A stretch of 64,000 nucleotides of DNA from Octopus bimaculoides (Eukaryota): NCBI RefSeq assembly GCF_001194135.2, contig NC_068991.1, forward strand, positions 35,654,753-35,718,752, written 5' to 3'. Position 1 is the stretch's first letter. Each line of letters starts with the position of its first letter. Below are positions 39,696 through 51,572 of the stretch, one piece after another. The translations under genes were made by a program, and so were the position numbers. The notes below the pieces were generated by a model. The model had not been told where the DNA came from and made no database searches. It saw nothing but the letters and a program-made list of their open reading frames with translations.

Positions 39696-40998
39696 TCATT
39701 TTTTTTCTACAATAATTATATGTGGTCTCAGCTCCTCTGTCGTTACTACATTTGGCAGGGTGTCGTAACCCACATACAATCCACTTGCTTTAAAATTATA
39801 CGGGTGTATTTGTTGCAGTCTCTTCATTATATGTTTTTCCACCACTATAGCTTTTTCTTGTTCTTCAAACGTTCCAGGTTCCAGTTTAAGTTTTACTAAT
39901 CCCTTTATTTTAGCAATCGTCTTCTCCAACTCTAAATTCTTGTTGTAAAAAACCACTGTTCTGATATTTTAATATTCTACTTTTCCAGCTACCTTTCCTT
40001 CCATCCTCGCTACATCCTTCTGGTTTATCATCGTTTCCCACCAATTTATCCACTTCTCCCTTCTTGTTAAAACTTTTTCATGCTCTGTGTCTTGGGTTCG
40101 ATTCTCAGTTTCATCTTTTTCAGTTTCCTTTTCGTTCTCTGTCTTCTTTTTCTTTCCCCCTCTCTTTTTTGGGGTGGGGGGTGGGGGTGGGGTCTTTGGC
40201 GGCGATTCAGTCCGCATAGGTTTTCTATCTGTTCCTTCTAAACATTCCTCACTCTCCACTATCTCCGCCTGTTGTTCGACCTCTACCATATCATCTTCAC
40301 AGATCTCTGTTTCTACCACTTGGACCTCTCTATGGGGACACATTACCTGTATATGTCCCCTACTTCCACATCTATAGCATATGGGTGGCCTCCCCTCTAC
40401 CACAAACCTCAGTCGGGTGTCATCGGGGAGTACCAACTCCTCTGCGAGGTTACGCAGGTCAGACAGGGTTATATGGGTTAGAATTTCCAACCCCAATCCC
40501 CATCAGTTGATCTTTTTAGACCTCTCCACTTTTATGATTTCCACCTCTTCTTTGCAATTATAGATTACTGCTGCCACCAGCCATTTTAAATCTATTTCCA
40601 GTGGTACTTTTCCGATTCTTATCCTTGCGGCTATTCTGCCGTAATATACTGGCAAAAGAGCCCACTTCTCCGTTCTTAGAGGTATGGTAGAATATCTCTT
40701 CGCATCTGCCTCGCTCCCAAAACACACCTTTACACTTTCGCACCTCCTTCCTCTCGTGTAGAACACCATTTCTTCCCCAATTCCGCTCAAGCAACTCTCC
40801 ATTGCCTCAACCTACGCTACATCAACTTTCCCCAATGCTACGTTTAGTGTCTCATACGTTATAATTCCTTTTTCAGCGCTTTCCATCACTTTCTTGGGCG
40901 GACCAACCCGTAGGGCGTCCCCCTCCCACTTCAACAACCTAAAGTGCCTCTTGCCTCTTCATGCTTGTAACTTCCACTCCAACCTCCCTCATCTCCAT
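39696..40998 (-). pseudogene. L1/Tx1-type ORF1 (gag-like, CCHC zinc knuckle), interrupted by stops and a frameshift
   Basis: Joined ORFs: ..YTRGRRCESVKVCF..LPVYYGRIAARIRIGKVPLEIDLKWLVAAV..VVEGRPPICYRCGSRGHIQVMCP, followed by Pro/Lys/Glu-rich linkers and a C-terminal domain ending at stop 39696. Confidence 0.8.
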
Positions 40999-41489
40999 GT
41001 CGCCGGCCGGCCGACACCTGCCAGCCGCCGCCGCGCAACTAGCAGTCACTACAAACGTCACAGAACAANNNNNNNNNNNNNNNNNNNNNNNNNNNNNNNN
41101 NNNNNNNNNNNNNNNNNNNNNNNNNNNNNNNNNNNNNNNNNNNNNNNNNNNNNNNNNNNNNNNNNNNNNNNNNNNNNNNNNNNNNNNNNNNNNNNNNNNN
41201 TAGCAGCAATTTCAAAACTTCAAACCAACAACAGCCACTTCAACAATTTTTCAACACTCTCAATTACGACATTCATCAACTTACGCTCTCCGCTCACAAA
41301 ATCACAACATAACTCCAAAAAACACGACTATCCAACTCGGCTGAAGTAGCAACACTAGCTGGTTGAAAATGCATGTCAAACCCTCGCAAATATATATATT
41401 TTTTGTGAAAACAGATTCACTGATTACAAAAATTAGAAATGATCTAATCATAAATCTCACAGAGAGAATTAATCAGCAGTGTTACGATG

Positions 41490-41550
41490 AAGCATTTGTA
41501 TACTGTCAACTCAATGAGACAGTCCCAATAAGGGACTGTCACATTGAGTC
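41490..41550. repeat. Copy of the element's terminal 45 nt fused to a perfect hairpin
   Basis: AGCATTTGTATACTGTCAACTCAATG(A/T)GACAGTCCCAATAAGGGA repeats 39288-39332. ACTCAATGAGACAGTCCC-AATAA-GGGACTGTCACATTGAGT is an 18-bp inverted repeat with 1 mismatch. Confidence 0.9.
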
Positions 41551-42802
41551 TTTATTATACTTTGCCTACTTAAGTAAAGGATAAGTGAAGGGTATTTCTT
41601 TAAAAAGTTATTCATGAAAGAGCAGCTTACTCTCTAGAAAGAGATCAGTCCTTCAATTCTTAACTGTTATAATCTGGACATAATTCTAGTTCTAAGACTT
41701 ATAAGACTTCGGAGTTCGTTAAAAATAATGGACAATACCTGAGTATACTCACTGTGATCAATGTAGTGATAGTTGTTTGGAAGAATTCCACTAAATGTAC
41801 AATAAGACCATTCGGGGAATTTGACATTGTCCTTCATACTTATAATTCAATTTTTAACTTATTTCAAAAAGAGCTGGAGCCATGCTGCAAAAAGATCAAG
41901 AAACTTATCGTTGCAGATAACCTGAACACCGAAAATATTTTAGAGAGATAAATATGTAGTGCAGAGTACTACAGAACATAAAAAAGACTTCAGAAGCAGA
42001 CGCATAAAAAGCAGTAGCTATGGAATCCATGATAAATGGTGATTAAGTAAACATATGTGAGAGAAATTATCTGGCTGTAATATTGATGGAGGTTATAAAT
42101 AAGGTTCGGCCGGATTTGCACATTACCAATATGTCTCGAACGGGAATGAAATAGTTGGAAGGAGATGAGAACGGAAATGATAAATTTGGCATGTAATTAT
42201 ATAATCGTAAAATACAAAAAAAAAAAGCAACATTTGCAAAGAGAAGAAATATATCAAGAACCAGAAGGAAAAATAGAAGAAAGAATACTTAAAGAAAGGA
42301 ATGATAAAAATGAGCCTCAGGGCTTTGACTGACATGTAATTTGAGTAGGAATTGTAATTTGAGTAGGAACTAATCTCCGAGTGGTAGAGAAAATCGCAAT
42401 TCTTTGAAATTAAAATGAAATTATATAGCGAACATGTTTATGCTGGAATGCAAAAGAATCACGTATAGAGAAACATAACATCAACGAACAGACACAAAAT
42501 AATCCAGAAAAAGCTTTTTCTTGATCAATATTGTGTTTAACTGAAATATATCAGAGGCATTATATCTCACAGAAGTGAGGATATTTTGGCAGTCATTTCC
42601 AGAAATGTTATCCCAATTAACAAATAAGAGTTTCGGATTACCTTTTACATACTATTTTCCCCACCAAATATTTGATATTAGATTTCCTTAATTTTAAAGA
42701 TAACTTGATCGCAACTCCAATATTTATATTATGTCTTCCATGGATCTAACTGTTAGCGACGTAGTATTGTAGTTGTTACTGATATTATTGTTATAACAGA
42801 AC

Positions 42803-43760
42803 ATGGCGTCGAATTTTTCGGAAAATTGCCAAGGGAGTGAAACCAGAGATTTGAACAACTGTTTTATCACCGACTTTCCATCTCTCCAACAAAGCTCCTT
42901 CCTCTCTACAGCTATTACCACCACCAATACCGAACGAAACAAAAGTAGCAACGACAAATGAGGAAAACAATAGCAACAAGGAAACTGAAAATAACAATAA
43001 AAATGAAACCGCCCTCGAAAGTCCAATTTTCCATTCAACACACCTGGAAGTTGTATCTCCAGACCAACAAATACCATTAACGCTAATACACAAAATGAAA
43101 ACCAAACTTGCAAATCTAGCGCTAGCAGTTTCGCTGAAGCAAAAAGTATCCTCCTGAGGTACGGACGAAATGTTGTACTGAACATATCAGAATCAAATTA
43201 GCAACAAACATTTGTATAGAAATAGAACAGGCGACACGGCAGCTGACTGAAAAGTTCCACAGACTAACCTGGGGTAGCAAAACATAAATAGCCAGAGGAA
43301 GAAAGGACAGCACAATAGAAGTGAGATTCTTTACAATAGAAGTGAGAATGAGTTGACAAAGCACTCCATAGCAATCCCAAGGGGTGAAAAACAGGTCTTT
43401 ATCCCAACATATTTTGGTCGCATAGCAGTTCAAAAAAAATATCTAATGTGTCGCCAGAAATAAACGCTGGTTGGTGAAAGTCATCTTTTTGAGATAGAGG
43501 GCAAAACCAAGTCTAGAGGTACAAATGCTGCAAAACCAAAATTGGGCAGGCCATGGGATGGAGTTATTGATACAAACGGATCACTAAAGTATAAAAGCTA
43601 TGCTGAACTTGTTAAATCTGCCAAACAGCACAACACTATAAGTAGCCGTTGACGGCAGGAGATCAAGTTGTCACTTGTGCGGTGACACAAACCACCTCAA
43701 AGCTTTCTGTCCACAGCAAAGGAAAGAAGACCACCAGCTCTACCGATACTCGCACCACCA
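42803..43760 (+). pseudogene. Second, divergent ORF1-like zinc-knuckle copy
   Basis: IARGRKDSTIEVRF, EKQVFIPTYFGRIAV..SNVSPEINAGW, NWAGHGMELLI and VAVDGRRSSCHLCGDTNHLKAFCP are colinear with the 39696-40998 protein. Confidence 0.75.
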
Positions 43761-43789
43761 CCACAACAACAGCACCAATAGGAAAAACA

Positions 43790-44150
43790 GTTGTGCAAAT
43801 ATCAATAATATCAATTCCAACACAGGGACACAAACTAAAATTTATGTCGGATCTTGTGAATCCAGATTTAAAATTCGCCTGAACAACCCAGATCTTCTTT
43901 CAGTGTCCCGGAAAGACGCAAGACAACAACACTTGGAGCATACGTATGGCGCCTAAAGGACGATCATACGCCCTTTAACATCAGGTGGAAATTATTGGAA
44001 ACTTGTGGACCCTATCGTAATGGAACAAGACTGTGTAAATTGTGTTTGGCAGTAAGATTTATAATTCTCATGAACTCACATGAGCCAGGAGGCCGTGGGG
44101 AGTTGTCCACATTTTCGGAAATTTTTACTTCCAAATTGTAAGATCTAGCT
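43790..44150 (+). mobile_element. Penelope-like GIY-YIG endonuclease C-terminus
   Basis: TKIYVGSCESRFKIRLNN..TTLGAYVWRLKDDHTPFNIRWKLLETCGPYRNGTRLCKLCLA..SCPHFRKFLL matches the PLE endonuclease pattern (YIG.T...FK.R..NH..LS..IW.LK..W.IL...YN.....C.LCL..CRH..KFLL). Confidence 0.85.
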
Positions 44151-44519
44151 ATCAAGCGAAGGAAGACNNNNNNNNNNNNNNNNNNNNNNNNNNNNNNNNN
44201 NNNNNNNNNNNNNNNNNNNNNNNNNNNNNNNNNNNNNNNNNNNNNNNNNNNNNNNNNNNNNNNNNNNNNNNNNNNNNNNNNNNNNNNNNNNNNNNNNNNN
44301 NNNNNNNNNNNNNNNNNNNNNNNNNNNNNNNNNNNNNNNNNNNNNNNNNNNNNNNNNNNNNNNNNNNNNNNNNATGTTTTTTTTTTCTAAACTTACGTTA
44401 CACATACACAAGTAAATAACTGCTCTATGTTTTATAGGGTATACTCTTCTCCTGATTTATGATATTGTAACGAATATATATATATATATATATATATATA
44501 ATGTGTGTGTGTGAGTATT

Positions 44520-44725
44520 TGTGTGTCTGTGTTTGTCTCCCATCATCGCTTGACAACCGATGCTGGTGTGTTTACGTTCCCGTAACTTAGTGGTTTGGCA
44601 AAAGATACTGATAGAATAAGTACTAAGCTTACAAAGAATAAGTTCTGGGGTCGATTTGTTTGACTAAAACGCAATGCTCCAGCACGGCCGCGGTTAAATA
44701 ACTGAAACAAGTATAAAGAAAAAAA
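44520..44725 (+). mobile_element. 3' half of the composite SINE
   Basis: CATCGCTTGACAACCGATGCTGGTGTGTTTACG..CTGGGGTCGATTTG..ACTGAAACAAG, same as 49320-49531. Confidence 0.85.
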
Positions 44726-45768
44726 AGAAAATAAGAGGATAGCCTGATGTTAAGATGGCAGTAAAAAGGTGTTTGCTGCTATGTACATTTAAAAATATTT
44801 TGACACTGTATACGGATTTAAATACTTTTGGGATTACATAAACAATATTTTACTTAGGTTATGAGCAATTCCCATGAGTACTATTTTTAAAGTTTCTTTC
44901 ATTTTTAGATTTCCTGGTATCTGAACTTTTTCTATCATAACTAATTATGTGATTAGCAATTGTTAAGCTATTTCTATGTCCCAACTGAAATTGCAATAGC
45001 ATTTAAACGTTGTATACCTATCTTTTCCGTTACTTGGATTCCAGATGAGTCAAACATGCAATCCTTTGGGATTGGATTTAGAAAACACGACAGGAAATTG
45101 CCTTTTCTTCAGAAAAGATTTCTAATTTTTTCATTGGCACAAAGGAAATATGCGCCATTGCTTAATTATGTTAAAATTTCCGAAATGGTTTATTAATTTC
45201 AATTAATAAATCAGTGGTTTGATAAAGTAAATCTTCTGAATTAATAAGAAAGAGCTCATATGAACCTTGGTAACCAACGTTAGCTTGTCTCGATTCAAAC
45301 GAAGACGCAGTGAAATATAAAAATACTGGACTTAAATTAAATAGATTGGATTGAAAAACAAAGTTTATTTTAAAATAATCTCATTCGGAAATGGGTTTTT
45401 CAGTCTCAGTAGTGAATAATTTCGTATCTTTTAGGAGATTTTGCTGTCATACATCTAATCCAGAGATACCTAGAAGCAAATAACAAATAACAGGTCTATA
45501 GACGACCGTATCAACATTTGTGTATGTACGTATGAATATATGTAATCATAGTTATACATATACATGTATTTATATAAAGAGAACATAATTATTTGAGAAA
45601 GCAATTAATCAATCAATTAAATAATTTACTAATTAAATACTTATCAATTAATTGATAATAAAAACGGAAATGAAATATAACTGACTCCATGACTCTCTCA
45701 AAGTACAAAATATCTATTTTTATACTCGCTTTCAAATCAAGAGTCTCACACGCACGCACGCACATACA

Positions 45769-46612
45769 TTAAGTTGGAATGAAAGACCAGTCGCAATTTT
45801 GACACGATCAATTTAATGTTACTTTTTCAATATTTTGGTAAAAATATACCTGGACTTTTACATCATAATGCTTCTTTTTTTCTTTGCAGATTACTTTATA
45901 CCATAGTGGTTAAATTCATATCGATTTTATTCTTTTTACACGAGGTTGGATCAGACCCATTTCAAACACTGCATGCTACATGAATTCTAAGTAGGCCATT
46001 CCTCAAAGGAAGCAGCAAGAAATATTCGTTCTCTCTTAGTAAATGAAGTGTCTGGACTTAGCCAGTTTCGCTAAGAAAATTTTCTCTCACAGATACCCTT
46101 CGATATAGAATCATCACAAGTGATGAAAACTGGATTCTCTATTATCATATCCAACAACTACGACAATGGTTAGCACCCAATGAAAAGGAAAATCCTTCCC
46201 CAAACTCGAAACAATTATGCAAACAACTTGCTATCAGTTGAAAGTTATGTGCTATCAGTTGAAAGTTATGCATACCGGATGCTATCAAACTTATGGGGTC
46301 ATCAAGAGAGAATGTGCGCCGTTGCGGGCCTTTTTGTCGACAGCATTATTGCTTACTGAAACGATCAACTGGCTGCTAGGTTTTGCAAGATCAACTGGCT
46401 GCTAGGTTTTGCTCAATATTCTACCCATTGCTTATCGTCTCTTTTTATTCAAATTCAATGGCTTGCTTTCACCACTATTGCATAGATATCACTCATGATT
46501 GTATTTGCTTTACAATGATTTGGGCATAGCGCTAACAACAATTATACTACGTACGTTTATGTGTATTTATCAACTGCATAGCTTCAGTCAAGTCAATAAT
46601 CATCCCAACTTA
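45769..46612 (+). mobile_element. Decayed mariner element with TIRs
   Basis: TIRs TTAAGTTGGAATG / CATCCCAACTTA. Fragments HFKHCMLHEF (N-terminus) and RYRIITSDENWILY..RQW (first D of the DD34D region). Two small internal tandem duplications. Confidence 0.8.
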
Positions 46613-46952
46613 TAATTCGCTACTGGAATACTATGAAGACGTATTTTTTGTTATTTTTCTAAGTCAGCTTTTTTTCTCTCTTTAATATATAGAGACCACG
46701 TCGTTCCTTCGCCATTTCCTGATTGATTAATATATTATTTGATATGAACAACTAATATATATTTTGTATCTAAACTAGTAACAGTCTTTAGTTCACCAGC
46801 GGTTGAGGAACTGAATAGCCATGAAACATCTAGGGGTCCCACAAAGTAACTTGTGAATATAATAAGGTTCGAAAATCGATTAAGGTTGTTCATTTTTTCA
46901 GTCTGCGGAAAAATGGCAAAAATTTACCCTGTTTATAATTATACCACACACA

Positions 46953-47036
<84 letters not shown>

Positions 47037-47053
47037 TGTATGTATGTATGTAT

Positions 47054-47324
47054 GCAGGCGTGGCTGCGTGGTAAGAGATTTGCTTCCCAACCACATAGTT
47101 CTGGGTTCAGACCAACTGCGTCGAACCTTGGGCATGTGTGACCTATTATAGCCTCGGGCCGACCAGAGCCTTGTAAGTGGATTTCGTAGACGGAAACCGA
47201 AAGATGCCCGTGGTATAAATATATCTATATGTGTGTGTGTGCATCTGCGTTTGTCCCCCGCCATCGCTGACAACCGATGCTGGTGTGTTTATGTCCCCGT
47301 ATCTTAGCAGTTCGGCAAAAGACT
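47054..47324 (+). mobile_element. Composite tRNA-SINE (3'-truncated)
   Basis: GCAGGCGTGGCTGCGTGGTAAG..GGGTTCAG..ACCTTGGGCATGTG..GACGGAAACCGAAAG, internal (TA)(TG) tract, then the second module. Confidence 0.85.
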
Positions 47325-48554
47325 CTCCAGAAGTTTATCATTTAAATATATATGAGCATGTCTAGATATGCAACTATATGCATGAGAGTACATACATAAA
47401 GCAAAACATACAAATCTGTACATATACATACATACAAACAAAAATACTCTGTTGTTGATGTTGAAATTCCAGTGAAGGAGCCTTGAATCTAGGTTAGAAA
47501 CCGGCTCTTTCTCTGTTGGCAAGAAATCTTGAAATAGAACTGAACAATGACATACATACATACATACATACATATAGAAGCCGAAAATAATACAATGTGA
47601 ATAGAAAATGTATCAAAAGAAAGTAGAGGACAACTCCGACAGCAAGTAAATGAATGGATAGACTAAAGTTAAACCGTTTATTTAAGATTTTCTCGTTAAT
47701 ATCATACTCTATAATCACATCTTATCAAGACAATGTCAGCTTTTGTATTTAAAAGCATTTAGCCGAAAAGAATCCTACTTTCTATTTATTTCTGTCATAA
47801 TTAGAAGGCAAAGAAAAAACAAAACAAACAAGAAAGAAGATATCGTATATATTATTTCGTTTAAGTGCTATGGTTTATAAAAATAACGGATAATTATATA
47901 TGTACGAATGATCAAAAGGCTTTTGCAAACATTTCAGAAGCTTGCACAACAGATATACCCATTATTTATAATTTACTTTAATCGTAGTTTATTTAATTTT
48001 GTATCAATACAGTTTCAGCGTAATACGATTGAAGAGATATAGCAAGTAATAAAAGTAATTATTTCTACCTAGTCTAAAATATGGAAATAAAAAAACTTCA
48101 TTGGAGGCTAATGTCGTTTTGATAAATTTACGTACTGCATTCATTCTAGATTATATTCATTTTTTACCTTAAATCCTGTTTGCGGTATATCCCAACATAG
48201 GATTATTTTCTTAAATTCCATTGAAACTGCGATGTCTCAAACCTCAATCGATAATAGAAAAAACATAAAAAGAAATTTAACTCTATATAGTTTATTGTTT
48301 ATAAGCTCATGTTTGTTAATTTATCAACTACATCTCTATCTCTAATTTTTTCCAGCCAGTTATTGTTTTTTTTTCATGTTTATGCACGTGCATTTATATA
48401 AGTTTATAAATACATACAGATAAATGTCACTCCAAATCAACCCATCCGTCCATCCATCCATTCACCTACCTACCTACCTACCTACCTACCTACCTACCCA
48501 GTTATTTGTAAAATACACGTTGAGACAAATCATTAATAACACATAATTCGACGC

Positions 48555-48561
48555 TCAGGAG

Positions 48562-48596
<35 letters not shown>

Positions 48597-48600
48597 TCAT

Positions 48601-48636
<36 letters not shown>

Positions 48637-48640
48637 TTTT

Positions 48641-48684
<44 letters not shown>

Positions 48685-48685
48685 A
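48555..48685 (+). repeat. (TTTC)n microsatellite
   Basis: Direct reading. Confidence 0.95.
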
Positions 48686-49040
48686 CGCTATAACATTTAT
48701 TAGTAAGTTACGGCTGTTTTGATAATTAGTGGAAACGTTACACCAATTAATATACTGGGTTATATAAGTAAGAATAATTATGTAAAACCATATAGCATTA
48801 ATTAAAAGGTTTCATTAATCTTTACATCAAACTGCCGTAAAGGTAATACGAGTGTGTATAGTTGGATTTGGTTAAATAAATACATTGAGAAAGTGAGGCT
48901 TAGAAGATCAGAGTAAGAGATTAAACAGCAAATTGTTATACTATCAAAGAAGCACCTAAGTGCAAGGGCCATGAAGTCAAAGTGTCAACTTAATTCTAAT
49001 TCGTTCCATCTATTGCAAACTGGTAGGACGACCAGCCGAC

Positions 49041-49531
49041 AGATGTAGTGGTAAGTAGCTTGCTTACCGACCGCATGGTTTCGGGTTCAGTCCTACTGCG
49101 TGGCACCTTGGACAAGTGTCTTCTACTATAGCCTTGGGCAGACCAAAGCCTTGTGAATGGATTTGGTAGACGGAAACCGAAAGAAGCCCGTCGTATATAT
49201 ATATATATATATATATATATATNNNNNNNNNNNNNNNNNNNNNNNNNNNNNNNNNNNNNNNNNNNNNNNNNNNNNNNNNNNNNNNNNNNNNNNTGTGTGT
49301 GTGTGTGTGTGTGTGTGTGTATTTGAGTGTCTGTGTTTGTCTCCAACATCGCTTGACAACCGATGCTGGTGTGTTTACGTCCCCGTAACTTAGCGGTTTG
49401 GCGAAAGACATCCGATAGGATAAGTACTAGGCTTACAGAGAATAAGTACTGGGGTCGATTTGCTCGACTAAAGGCGGTGCTCCAGCATAGCCGCAGTCAA
49501 ATGACTGAAACAAGTAAAAGAATAAAAGAAT
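49041..49531 (+). mobile_element. Full composite tRNA-SINE with internal (TA)n(TG)n microsatellite
   Basis: tRNA-like head, CORE-like CACCTTGGACAAGTG, internal microsatellite and gap, second module, tail AAAAGAATAAAAGAAT. Confidence 0.88.
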
Positions 49532-49643
49532 GTATACTAACAGAGAGGTAAACAGATTAAGATATAAGGTGGAGCTATTGAAAAGACGATAGTTTACAGC
49601 TATATTCTCGGAAGTATTATTAATAAATAGGTGGAAGAATATA

Positions 49644-49675
<32 letters not shown>

Positions 49676-49685
49676 NNNNNNNNNN

Positions 49686-49719
<34 letters not shown>

Positions 49720-51000
49720 AGAAAAACTGAGACATAGATAAGATTTGAAAGAAGCACAATTAGAATAAAGTTACAGAATAAAGTCCGCTACCATGATTAT
49801 GGGTAGATATCATGTGATCATTTACAATTGAAATTAAATAAATTTGCAAGTTACACAATAAATAATTTGTTATGTAGGAAATAATTTAAGCATGAAGTAT
49901 TAGGATGTAAGAGGGTATTTTATAGAGAATCTCCTGTGATAAAGTTGGAGGAACATAAAGCGAGAATATATGATCAATAATTACGCATATAAATTAGATA
50001 AGACTTAAGTTTAACAACTTATAATGCTCGTATAGAACATATTACAGCTAGCCTACTTTCTTTGTATGGAAGTGTAGTACGTATAATTTACCACGAAACT
50101 GAGATTCTAGATAAAAACACAAATCAAACGCATAACAACTATCGAGTATCAATCTTCCCTTTACACTAGATGTGCTAATGCACTTAGATGCTTCATGCTC
50201 TTAAGTTCTTAATTAGCGTTTCCCAAAGCCCATGGGCATAATTAGTTCTTTAACGTTCATAAGCTTATTGTTACTTAATCATGCAAAGATAATATGGCTT
50301 CAAGCACCACGCACTACAACAGAAAGGAAGAAACAATATATACTCAAACAAACTTCGTCCCATAACCCAGCCTGTACCTCTCGAAAGTCCACAGCTGAAT
50401 ACTGGAAGGATTTTGCACAACAAAGGTTGTGGCCTATGGAGTTACACGCACACCGTCTGATGGTCATTAAGCGTTCTGTTGGGTGCGCCAACGATTTTGC
50501 CAGACCAATGCCTTGCAGCAATAACTATACAGATAATACACCTAATACTATGTATACCAGTTGGTATCAAAATTACTGTCGTATATATAATCAATGTCTT
50601 TCAAATAATTAATATAAATAATAAAGATAAATTAATATAAATGCTCTCTTATTACATAGGCGCCACAGTGTTTAAATTCAAACTCAGATACATAGTCATA
50701 TACATTCTTTTATTAATAAAAGGTAAGTTCTAGGCACTACACTAGCTAAATTTATCTAATATCTCAGAGTATTTGTGTGCATGTATGTATGTATGTATGT
50801 ATTATACTGAAACAAATATTATTGACTGTGGCTTCGTAGTTTTGGATAGCTAAGAAAGCTAGCCGAAACATCGAGGTTACTGCTGATAATATTGTTGTTT
50901 AAGAATAATAAATTTGCACACAACAAAAGTATAGTGTAACCCTTTAGATTAAATTAAAATTGTTTTTATTATAACTGAAGATAACAGCAAGCATATATAT

Positions 51001-51031
<31 letters not shown>

Positions 51032-51497
51032 CATACATACATACATACATACATCTATATGTATGTATGCATGTATGTGTGTATGAATGTATGCATGTAT
51101 GTATGCACACACATACCTATATACACATATATAAAGAGCACAAATGGGGTTTGAAATTTATGACACCTGTTTCGGGGGAATTTATTGATGTTTTTATAAA
51201 TCACGTCATGGCATAACATCCGCCATCTTCAGGCAAAATTTCAAATAGGCATGAAATAGGCGAGGTAATTTCTTGATCATGACGAATCCAAGCAACATTG
51301 TTCTTGTATTACTAACGCCACACCTAGATTCAACCTTGAATCGGGTCTGCGGTCTAAACTGGATTTGGTATATACAGTATCCTACCAACATTTGAAACAT
51401 TGTTGTTTTACCAAATTTAGAAACCTATGTTAAGGTACATAGCCATATCTGGCATCTTAAGTATCGATGTTCCTAGGTTCTAGTGAATCATGTACCT

Positions 51498-51498
51498 A

Positions 51499-51572
<74 letters not shown>
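51498..51572 (+). repeat. (TATC)n microsatellite
   Basis: Direct reading. Confidence 0.95.

Larger units (their letters stand above)
39288..41357 (-). mobile_element. ORF1-only retroelement-like unit with hammerhead-containing 3' terminal module
   Basis: Disrupted ~430-codon ORF with no RT downstream. The 3' module has AATAAA, a hammerhead and TATAAA, and ends GACAGTATACAAATGCTT(TA)n. The 17-nt TAGTGTTGCTACTTCAG is shared by the 5' end and the 3' module. Confidence 0.7.

Noticed and set aside
50232-50612. 126-aa ORF as a gene
   Set aside because: No recognisable domain or convincing splice pair; several frames are equally open.
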